This document shows positions 8,834 through 18,000 of a stretch of DNA of 64,000 nt, piece by piece. The notes below the pieces were generated by a model. That model saw only the letters and a program-made list of their open reading frames with translations. It did not search any database and was not told where the DNA came from. Both the position numbers and the translations under genes were made by a program. The stretch is taken from NCBI GenBank assembly GCA_963996245.1, contig CAXEIY010000248.1:44701-108700 (forward strand), written 5' to 3'. Source of the DNA: an uncultured Planctomycetia bacterium. GTDB taxonomy: Bacteria; Planctomycetota; Planctomycetia; CAXEIY01. How positions within the stretch are numbered: the first letter of the stretch is position 1; the number at the start of each line of letters is the position of its first letter.

Positions 8834-10123
8834 CTATCGGGACGATGGAGTTTCCGAATTCTCCCCCTCATATGTCTTATTTAATTCTAAACATCGTATC
8901 GCCTCTGATGCCCAAGCACTGCGAGAGTCGTGTTCCAAATAGATCTGCCAATGGGGAACCGCTTCTTCATGCCGCCCCAACTGCTCAAAAGTATCTGCCA
9001 GGTTGTAATGTGCATCCGCGTACTGTGGATGGATACGTAAGGCCGTCTCAAATGCTTCAATCGCATCCTCGTGTTGACCTCGCTCGGCCAGAACGCTACC
9101 GAGATTATTCCATGCCTCAACGTAGTCGGGATCAATTTCAACCGCTCCACGAAACCGCTCTGTCGCACTAGCAATATCATTCATTCGATAAAAGGCATGA
9201 CCCAGATGGAAATTAATTTCCGCATGAGGACCACCCAGAATTAATGCAAGATGAAAAGCCTTCACTGCTTCGGGGATCTGGTTGTCATCCTCCAAACGAC
9301 GTCCTTCCTCAAAACACTGCTGTACTGTTACTCGATCCGGTTCATCGGTCTGGCCTATCTTCAAAATCGCGCTATTTATAGAAGAGTGATGGACCTCCTC
9401 ATCCGATCCACCGGTTTGTTCAAAATGGTCGGTGTCCATCGAGTAATTAAAATCTAAAAGCTGCTGTCCAGAGGCCTCAACCAGAGTATTCCCGTGTCGT
9501 ACTAACATCTGCTTATCTTGGGCCAATAAAGCTAATTGCGTCAACGGGCGTTGCACATGAGGCAACCATCGTCGTAATGATGACAGCGCGCGTTCAATTT
9601 TCTTTTCCGAAATACCTTCTGAAACCAACCTGGCAATCACTTTTGCGCCGGAAGCTTCCTGAAAATCAAAATACTGAATTCGGAATACCGTCTTTACCGG
9701 CCGAATCAATCCTCGCCGAACCCAAGCGTGCACTGTCGCCACAGAAACTTCCAAAATGCGGCTTAGCATAGCCGGAGTACAATGACGATGCATCTGCTGA
9801 TGGTGATCGATTATCTCAAAACGCGTGAGAAAATCCGCTTCGGAAACAATTTCCAATGATTCACCTTCGTCGCGTAAGCGCATTGCAAGCTGTAATTGGC
9901 GTGGAAGTTCGCCGTTACGCTCCAGTGGCCAGCCCTCTTCTCCAACTACAACCAGGTCCACTGTTGTTCCTACGTTTTCTACTGCATGTCCCCCCTGACC
10001 CAAAAGCCATTCCGATGCCTCACGATGGGTCATGGAGGCTAACTTCCCAATAAAAGCAACGCGCAACCCGACTAACTTTGATTCCTGATGCCCTACTCTA
10101 TCCTTGGCTAACCTGCCTGCCAT
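8834..10123 (-). CDS. multidomain protein: N-terminal BRCT domain, MerR-type HTH, C-terminal TPR repeats
   Basis: BRCT-like region: LVGLRVAFIGKLASMTHREASEWLLGQGGHAVENVGTTVDLVVVGEEGWPLE...EIVSEADFL, which follows the LigA-BRCT pattern. MerR HTH: MLSRILEVSVATVHAWVRRGLIRPVKTVFRIQYFDFQEASGAKVIARLVSEGIS. TPR repeats: AEINFHLGHAFYRMNDIASATERFRGAVEIDPDYVEAWNNLGSVLAERGQHEDAIEAFETALRIHPQYADAHYNLADTFEQLGRHEEA. Confidence 0.6.
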   Translation of the reverse strand: MAGRLAKDRVGHQESKLVGLRVAFIGKLASMTHREASEWLLGQGGHAVENVGTTVDLVVVGEEGWPLERNGELPRQLQLAMRLRDEGESLEIVSEADFLTRFEIIDHHQQMHRHCTPAMLSRILEVSVATVHAWVRRGLIRPVKTVFRIQYFDFQEASGAKVIARLVSEGISEKKIERALSSLRRWLPHVQRPLTQLALLAQDKQMLVRHGNTLVEASGQQLLDFNYSMDTDHFEQTGGSDEEVHHSSINSAILKIGQTDEPDRVTVQQCFEEGRRLEDDNQIPEAVKAFHLALILGGPHAEINFHLGHAFYRMNDIASATERFRGAVEIDPDYVEAWNNLGSVLAERGQHEDAIEAFETALRIHPQYADAHYNLADTFEQLGRHEEAVPHWQIYLEHDSRSAWASEAIRCLELNKTYEGENSETPSSR

Positions 10124-10304
10124 CTGCCCCTCAATCCCTCATCTGTAACGCAACAGACCTAGTTTTTGTTTCACGGCAACAGACTGTTGTAGCAGATCCA
10201 TTCCATTTTGATCGGCTAGCAACCTGTAACTTCCCTGTTTTCAATGAAAACGCCTTTTCGATACCTTCACATATTAGCGGCTAATCAGCGATCACTTTTC
10301 TCTT

Positions 10305-10814
10305 TCAGACTTCCTCGCAGGTCATCCTCACCGCTGAAGCCGTACCGAGTGTCTGATAAATGACACAATAACGTTCCGTCAATTTCAACAGAGATTCCAA
10401 TTGTTCCGCATTTGCATCACAGTCCAGTTCAAAATGCAAACGAATCGAAGTCAACCCGACAGGCACCTGTTTGTCAACAGCAAGCGTACCTCTAAAATCT
10501 AAATCTCCCTCTGCGGTGATCCTCGACTCTCGCACAGGAATTTCCAAAGCAGTCGCAACCGCACGCAGAGTAACACCGGCACAGGCAACTAACGCATCGA
10601 GAAGCATGTTTCCGGAACACGCCGAATGGCCATCACCTCCCGTTGCCGGATGCAAACCGGCCTCTACAAGCGCTGCCCCCGTTTGCACGGTACAACTGAT
10701 TGCTGAGGAATGCAGTGTTCCTTCTGACTTGAGTGTCACCTTTGCATCACTTGGAAAATCTCGATATTGTTGTTTTAAAGGTTCTTGCAAATTCCTCAAT
10801 TCATGTGCATCCAT
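10305..10814 (-). CDS. OsmC/Ohr-family peroxiredoxin-like protein
   Basis: 169 aa with the two conserved Cys contexts of OsmC (GHSACSGNMLLDAL and LTERYCVIYQTL). It is directly upstream of, and on the same strand as, the BRCT-MerR-TPR gene. Confidence 0.7.
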   Translation of the reverse strand: MDAHELRNLQEPLKQQYRDFPSDAKVTLKSEGTLHSSAISCTVQTGAALVEAGLHPATGGDGHSACSGNMLLDALVACAGVTLRAVATALEIPVRESRITAEGDLDFRGTLAVDKQVPVGLTSIRLHFELDCDANAEQLESLLKLTERYCVIYQTLGTASAVRMTCEEV

Positions 10815-11040
10815 TGTCGTTTCAATCCTCCCGCAAAATACAAACTCAGAACTACGTTAACCGGATCTAGAAATCCAATTTATACACGATACTGCAGACC
10901 ATCCCTATTCCTCATGAACAACAGAGCATCCATACAAAACCTGTACAGACAAACATCCCTTCTGCTCCCAGGGATCATAACCTGCCACCTTCTCTTGGGC
11001 ATCTCGATCAGACAACTGGCTGATTCCTGACTTCACAATC

Positions 11041-11769
11041 ATGCGATATCTATTACTGCAAATTCGTGACTCCAATGACCCGATGCTACTCAATGAACAA
11101 CTCGCTTTTGCACACACGATTGGTTGCCCACCAAAGGCCATCAAATCACATAGCGTGTTTAACTCTTCTCTTACCGATCAAACTATTCAAGAATCCGATT
11201 TAATTATAATCGGTGGCAGTGGTAACTATTCTGCTTGTGATTCTGACCCCTGGATCCTTCAGACCCTAAATGATCTAAAACGAATCTACGACTCAAAAAA
11301 ACCTCTATTTGCATCCTGTTGGGGTTTTCAAGCCTTGGCACGTGCACTTGGAGGTGAACTCATCCATGATCCTCATCGATGTGAACTGGGAACCCTCGAA
11401 ATCCAGCTGACAGAGGCAGGTCGGCAGGATCGGTTGTTTAGTCTACTCCAAAGCCCTTTCCTCGCTCAATCCGGTCATGAAGATCATGTAGTAAAACTTC
11501 CCCCAAAAGCAATTTTGCTCGCCTCCACAGAACGCGTCCCTCACCAAGCCTACACTTTCCATGACCGACCGATCTACGCAACCCAATTTCATCCGGAATT
11601 GTCGATGAAGGACCTGCTTGCACGGGTTCGTCAGTATCCAGCTTACTTGGAAAAAATGACGGGGATGCGTTACGAGGATTTTTGCAAACAAACCCAAGAG
11701 ACGCCAGAGGTTGCCCAACTGATACCCGAGTTTATCCGTCAGACAAATGGAAACGCAGACTTGGAATAA
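11041..11769 (+). CDS. class-I glutamine amidotransferase-like protein
   Basis: GATase1 motifs: LIIIGGSGNYS, the nucleophile elbow PLFASCWGFQALARALGG, and HEDHVVKLPP...ATQFHPE (catalytic His/Glu context). Confidence 0.7.
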   Translation: MRYLLLQIRDSNDPMLLNEQLAFAHTIGCPPKAIKSHSVFNSSLTDQTIQESDLIIIGGSGNYSACDSDPWILQTLNDLKRIYDSKKPLFASCWGFQALARALGGELIHDPHRCELGTLEIQLTEAGRQDRLFSLLQSPFLAQSGHEDHVVKLPPKAILLASTERVPHQAYTFHDRPIYATQFHPELSMKDLLARVRQYPAYLEKMTGMRYEDFCKQTQETPEVAQLIPEFIRQTNGNADLE

Positions 11770-11825
11770 CGGTTATCTTTAATAAGGCATCCCTGCACTC
11801 TGGCATACCGGTATCCAGAATGATT

Positions 11826-14141
11826 TCACCCTTTCTGACGTAATAAATTTAAAGCACTTCCTGCTCTAAACCAATCAATCTGCTCGGTAGTCAGACTATG
11901 GTTCAGTAGTATGTCTTCTGTCGTCCCGTCGGCATGTCTCACCGTCATTTGAATTGCTTTATCAGGGATGATGTGCTCCAAACCAACGATGTCAAGACGA
12001 TCGTCAGCACGTATATTCTCGTAATCAGCCGGATCAGAAAACGTAAGCGGCAAGACTCCCTGCTTTTTAAGGTTGGTCTCATGAATCCTCGCAAAACTTC
12101 TCGTAATTACAGCAGCTGCACCAAGAAACCTAGGCTCCATGGCAGCATGTTCACGACTGGATCCCTCGCCATAATTCGTATCGCCAACTGAAATCCACGG
12201 AACTCCAGCCTGTTGGTAACGCCTTGCCAGTTCAGAGAAAGCCACACCTTGATCACCCGTTAAAACATCCTGACCTTTACCGGACTCATTCGTAAAGGCA
12301 TTGATTGCTCCAGAAAACATGTTGTCGCTAATTCGGTCAAGATGACCGCGAAAACGCAACCAAGGTCCCGCAGGACTGATATGGTCGGTTGTGCACTTTC
12401 CTTTCGCCTTCACAAGCACTACCGCATTGGAAATATCCTGTCCGTTCCATTTCGGAAACGGTTCCAATAGCTGAAGACGTTCACTCTCAGGAGAAACTTC
12501 GATCGCCACCTCAGCACCATCTTCCACTGCAGCAATGAAGCCCTTGTTGTCAGAAACAAAACCTTTTGCAGGAAGTTCAGGAGCTTCTGGTGGTGATAAC
12601 CTGAACTCATTTCCTTCCGAATCTCGGAGAGTGTCCGTCAGCGGATTGAAATCCAGTCGTCCTGCTAAACCTAACGCAGTCACAATTTCAGGGCTTCCGA
12701 TAAAGGCCAAGGTACTAGGACGCCCGTCATTGCGCTTGGGAAAATTACGATTGAAAGAGGTAACAATGGTGTTCGGATCTTCTCCCTTGGTATCTTCCCG
12801 CCTCCACATCCCAATACACGGACCACAGGCATTCGCCAAAACCTGCCCCCCGACCTGCCCCAGAACTTCGAGCTGGCCATCCCTGGAAATTGTTTCATAA
12901 ATCTGCTCTGAACCGGGTGTGATCATGAACTGCGACTGTGAAGTAACACCTCGTTCGACAGCCTGTTGTGCAACATGTGCTGCGCGTCCTATATCTTCAT
13001 AAGAGGAATTGGTACAACTTCCAATGAGCGCTACTTTTATTTCCGTTGGATATCCATTTTCCTTGGCGTCATCTGCCAAACGTGAAATGGGATGGGCAAC
13101 ATCTGGAGAATGAGGACCGACAACATAGGGTTCTAAGGTATCCAGATCAATTTCAATTATCTGATCGTAATACCTTGCCGGGTCTTCCATCACTTCTACA
13201 TCTGCCTGTAGAAAATCCTGATATGACTCAGCCAGTTCCGCAATCCGATCACGACCGGTTGCTCTCAGATAAGTGCTCGTCCGACTGTCAAATGGAAAAA
13301 CACTGGTAGTGGCCCCCAGTTCCGCCCCCATATTGGTGATAGTTGCCTTACCGGTTGCACTGATAGCATTGGTCCCAGAACCAAAATATTCGACGATCTT
13401 GTCTGTTCCACCTTTGGTAGTCAGCATTTCACAGACACGTAAAATAACATCTTTGGGAGATGTCCAACCACTTAAGCTCCCTTTAAGATGAACGCCAATA
13501 ATCTCTGGGAATTTCACCTCCCATGGCATCCCAACCATCACGTCTACCGCATCGGCACCACCAACGCCAATTGCCAGCATTCCCATTCCACCGGCATTGG
13601 GAGTATGGGAATCGGTACCAATCATCAGGCCACCAGGAAATGCGTAATTTTCAAGTACCACTTGATGGATAATTCCTGACCCTGGCTTCCAAAAGCCGAT
13701 CCCATAACGTTGACTAACGGTTCGAAGAAAGGAATAAACCTCCTGATTTTCAGAAACGGCTCGCTCCGTGTCAGCTGAAGCACCTGCATAAGCCTGAATA
13801 AGATGATCACAGTGTACGGTGGTTGGAAGTGCCACACGCTGCCGACCGGCCGTAATGAACTGCAAAAGTGCCATTTGAGCTGTGGCGTCCTGCATAGCCA
13901 ATCGATCCGGGTGAAGCGCAAGGTAACTCTGGCCGCGTTCAAGGCCAGACTCCATTGCCTGTGTCTCGTCAAGATGAGCAAAAAGAATCTTCTCCGCCAG
14001 AGACAAAGGGCGTCCGAACCGTTTTCTAAACCCTTCTGTCACATCGGCAAAATGCTTGTAAAGTCGATCTACACTGTCTGTTTTTGTCTCAATGGTTGTC
14101 ATCGCTTGTCCAAACATTTCGAAATGCGGATTAGAAGTCAT
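11826..14141 (-). CDS. acnA: aconitate hydratase (mitochondrial-type aconitase A)
   Basis: 771 aa. Contains LSLAEKILFAHLDE and HQVVLENYAFPGGLMIGTDSHTPNAGG. The Fe-S ligand cysteines occur in IGSCTNSSYED and ANACGPCIG. The swivel domain has VGDTNYGEGSSREHAA. Confidence 0.85.
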   Translation of the reverse strand: MTSNPHFEMFGQAMTTIETKTDSVDRLYKHFADVTEGFRKRFGRPLSLAEKILFAHLDETQAMESGLERGQSYLALHPDRLAMQDATAQMALLQFITAGRQRVALPTTVHCDHLIQAYAGASADTERAVSENQEVYSFLRTVSQRYGIGFWKPGSGIIHQVVLENYAFPGGLMIGTDSHTPNAGGMGMLAIGVGGADAVDVMVGMPWEVKFPEIIGVHLKGSLSGWTSPKDVILRVCEMLTTKGGTDKIVEYFGSGTNAISATGKATITNMGAELGATTSVFPFDSRTSTYLRATGRDRIAELAESYQDFLQADVEVMEDPARYYDQIIEIDLDTLEPYVVGPHSPDVAHPISRLADDAKENGYPTEIKVALIGSCTNSSYEDIGRAAHVAQQAVERGVTSQSQFMITPGSEQIYETISRDGQLEVLGQVGGQVLANACGPCIGMWRREDTKGEDPNTIVTSFNRNFPKRNDGRPSTLAFIGSPEIVTALGLAGRLDFNPLTDTLRDSEGNEFRLSPPEAPELPAKGFVSDNKGFIAAVEDGAEVAIEVSPESERLQLLEPFPKWNGQDISNAVVLVKAKGKCTTDHISPAGPWLRFRGHLDRISDNMFSGAINAFTNESGKGQDVLTGDQGVAFSELARRYQQAGVPWISVGDTNYGEGSSREHAAMEPRFLGAAAVITRSFARIHETNLKKQGVLPLTFSDPADYENIRADDRLDIVGLEHIIPDKAIQMTVRHADGTTEDILLNHSLTTEQIDWFRAGSALNLLRQKG

Positions 14142-14311
14142 CGCTTATCACAGCAACAACACGTCATGGGAAGACGCAACACTTCATCATCCATGAAACT
14201 CGATCGCCAACCTAGAAAGTCCTTTTTCGTGTCCGGTGGCGTCAATGCTCACATACGCATATCCAGCCAAGATAGACACCGGCTATCAAAATGGCATACA
14301 CCAAAACGCGT

Positions 14312-14587
14312 TTACGAGTTTTGGGTACTTAACTGGTTAATTCGGCGTGCCATCCGACTCTTCATACGAGCTGCCGTATTTTTGTGAATGATGTTTTTCG
14401 ACGCAGCCTGGTCTATTTTCTTACCCGCCAATCGGAACTCGGCGTCGATTTTCTCTTTGTCAGACGCTTCCATCGCCTCGCTGACTTTCCGGATTTGATT
14501 ACGCATCGCAGACTTGATGGTGCGATTGTGAGCGCGTCGCTTCACATTTTGGCGTAGACGTTTTTTTGCGCTGTTACTATTCGGCAT
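14312..14587 (-). CDS. rpsT: 30S ribosomal protein S20
   Basis: MPNSNSAKKRLRQNVKRRAHNRTIKSAMRNQIRK... is the canonical S20 N-terminus. The track ORF extends 10 codons further upstream to 14617, but the ATG at 14587 matches the S20 start. Confidence 0.85.
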   Translation of the reverse strand: MPNSNSAKKRLRQNVKRRAHNRTIKSAMRNQIRKVSEAMEASDKEKIDAEFRLAGKKIDQAASKNIIHKNTAARMKSRMARRINQLSTQNS

Positions 14588-15045
14588 ATTATTGAAGTAC
14601 TCTCGTCTGGATCCCAAGACTTAAATCACGCTAACCTAAGTCAAGTATTTTATGATTCTTACCGCTTCTTGACAAGATTGTAGACCTAATTTTGTATTAA
14701 GCTTTCTGTTAGATCCGTTTCAGCAATCGAGCCCGGTTGCTGCTTCGCTTACCCATCTCACCGGTTTCATGATTCTCATTTCCAACGCATAATTCCCCAT
14801 TCTTCCCTAACCGGTTGACCCATAGATTCAGTAGACCTGTTTTTTCCTGTCATAACAGTATTCCAAAATTCATAACATAGGGAGGGCTTTCAAAACACCA
14901 TTTCATCAGACTCAGCCTGCTTTTGCCCCCGAAAACAGCAACCGCCACACATTGTAATAAAGGGGGATGAAATGTCTTTTCGAATCAATTTCATTCCAGG
15001 AATAGAACACTTCGACTTTATTTGACTATTTGACAGATCTATAAT

Positions 15046-18000
15046 GTGTCCGTCAGCTTGAATTTCACGGAGCAACCTGTCGTGCCCCTGCCCAGCACTC
15101 ACACCCTGCTGTTCTCAAGGATCTCTGGCACTTCAGGGTTTCGCGATAAATCGATCCTTGACCACCCAACACGCTACCCGGGGTTACTCTGCATCAGTAT
15201 TGTGACATTGCAGTTCCTGTTCGTCTTTGCACAGACTTTGCCAGCACAATCCCAAAGGATCACCCGTGAGTTACCGGCCACCTACCTCGACATTGATTCC
15301 TCAGTAAAGGTCCACTTTAGCCGAGTCGATGCAAGTCTGGAAGGTGGGCACTGGGAAGAAGCCGTCGACATCCTGCAACAGATATGCACTCGTTTTGGTG
15401 ACCAGTTAATTCAAGTGGACACCAACCACTACGTGAATGTCCGAACTTTTTGCCACCTGAAAATTTCGCGTCTTCCACCACCATTTCTCAAAGTTTATCG
15501 CAACCGTGTTGATCCGCTTGCAGAAGAGTGGTTTCAGCAGTCTATTCAACAATCTTCGCGCCAACCGCTGGAACGAATCCTTGAAGAAGCCTTTTGTAGT
15601 TCTTGGGGAGACAATGCTCTGTGGTTGCTGGGTGAACTCTGTTTTGAACAAGGGAATCCCCGGAAATCAGAAAACTACTGGAAACAATTGAAAGGTCTGA
15701 CCTCGTCAGATTTCGATCAAAAACATGGGTTAGTCTATCCGGATACCTCCTTTTCCCCAGCTGCCCTAGAAGCACGCCTCATTCTCTGTCTCATTGCAAC
15801 CGACAGGTCACAGGAAGCACTGACAAGGTTGAACTCCTTTCGGTCAGAATTCTCCCATGCCGAAGGGTTCCTGGCAGGAACAAATGGGCCATTCGTCGAC
15901 ACCCTTTCCGCCCTTCTCAAAAACACCGTGAAGTGGCTACCAGAACAGACCGACAATGACTGGCCAACGTTTGCAGGGAATTTTCAACGCAACAAAGCAC
16001 TTCCTTTTCCGATTGAAATTGGCGCGCTTTCCGGAAAAATAAAACTGAGTAATCCCATTGTTTCAGGAACTCAGAATGGTGGATTTCGCCGTGTGCGGTC
16101 AACCTTATCAGAACCCCAGAACAAGCCTCTCGCTTGGTTTCCCGCGCTTTCGGGTGAACAACTCGTCATCAATAATCGTGGGACCATTCAAAGCTTTGAT
16201 CTCTCTACATGCCAAGAACTCTGGACCAGTACCCTTTCGGAACAGAAGACCAAAAGCACTCCCACCAGTCGTAGACGAAGAAGCACCAACCGCTGGGCTC
16301 GATTCCCATCCCGTCCAAGTTCTCCTAGCTATACTCTTACTGTACACAAGGGGCGCATTTACACGAGTACGACGCCGGTCGTTCAACCACGTAACACCAA
16401 CCGTTTTCGCACCCACCAAACCGTCTCTTCAATCGAATGCCGAGATCTCCGGACGGAAGGCAAACTGTTGTGGTCTATCTCACCTCCGGAATCAGATCTG
16501 ATCTTTGTGGGCAGTCCTGTCATACACGAGAATAAGCTTTTCATAGCTTTACGTCGCAACGGGCCCAACGCACAGATTTTAGTGGCCTGTTATGATGAAC
16601 CTGACCGTGATCTTCAATGGCTACGATTCGTTTGCCAGGCTTCTGATTCCGGTTTTCGTCCTCACACCCGACAAACCCTGCTCACCTATTCATCCGGACA
16701 CATTTTTGTCAGTACAAATCTCGGTTCGGTCGCTTCGATTAATGCCACAAACGGGACTCTTGACTGGGTGTTCACCTATGACCGAAGCGTCGTAAGCAAA
16801 AAAGGGAACTTCTCCTCTCTCGCCGACGACACTCGTGATCCGACGCCGTGTCTAATCGAACAGAACATGGTCATTGCAGCCCCGTCTGACACCTCTTTTC
16901 TTTTCGCGATCCATGCAGGAACCGGTGCTACAGTCTGGCGAACGGATCTCTTATCAGATGTCGAGCACTTGCTTGGTGTGGTGCAAAACCAACTCATTGT
17001 GAGTGGACGTCGACTCTACTCCATTAACATCAACACGGGAAAGTTATCCTGGCATTTTCCTGATTCCAATGACCCTTCTTCGAGAGGCCATGGACGTGGA
17101 ATCATATCCAATGGCCTCATCTACTGGCCTCTACGCGAAGAGATTCGCGTTTTTCATCCTGTATCAGGAAGACAGCCTCTGCGACTACCTTTGAAAATTC
17201 ACGGAGAAACGGGCGGCCATCTGATGGTAGCTGACGGTTTTCTCGTGATTGTACAATCCGATGAAATCGTGGTGTTCTCACACTATGGTCGACTCTTTGA
17301 ACGCTATCAGAAAGATCGCAACGATAGCCCAGGCGATCCGATGCGGCACTACCGACTCGGACGTGCTGCCGAAGCTACCAATCAATGGGAACTGGCCCTT
17401 TCCTCTTACCACCAAACGCTGAGTCTCGCTGATGACAAGACGGCTACCGAAAGCCTCCCCATTGCCACACTTGCCAGACAGAGAAGTTTCCACTTACTGA
17501 CCCGTAAAGCGAACGAATTCAGCGAGACTGACCAACTCCAGCAAGCGGCTGAATTTTACCGTAGGGCTGCAGAGGTTGTGCAGGAACCTCAGCAAAAGAT
17601 CCATGCTTTTCTCAAAGAAGCAGACGTCCGACATCAGTTACAGCACTATCCCGAGATGCTTGCCATCTACCAGAACATTCTAACCACCCCAAGGCTGTCC
17701 GTAGTCCCGATAGCTACAGACTCCAATCTTGCATTTCCAGCACACACAATCGTATCCCAAAAATTGACCGAAGTAATCAACCAGCATGGATTTGATTTCT
17801 ATACACCATTTGAACAACTAGCCTCTGAATTATATAGGAAAGCAGAACATCCCAAAGACATGGAATCGGTAACCCGTCAGTATCCCTGTTCCCAAACAAC
17901 CCTAATCATTCTGAAACACCTTTTAGAACAAAACAGCGAACAACCCACAGAGTTTCTACGCATTGCGCAGAAACTATTGAGCGTGACGACCAACCCTAAA

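Noticed and set aside
15023-15045. TTGACT / TTGACA and a perfect TATAAT hexamer immediately upstream of the GTG start of the 1470-aa gene.
   Set aside because: Spacing between the -35-like and -10-like hexamers is 4-12 nt, not 16-18. TATAAT abuts the start codon, which would imply a leaderless transcript. The evidence is too weak to call a promoter.
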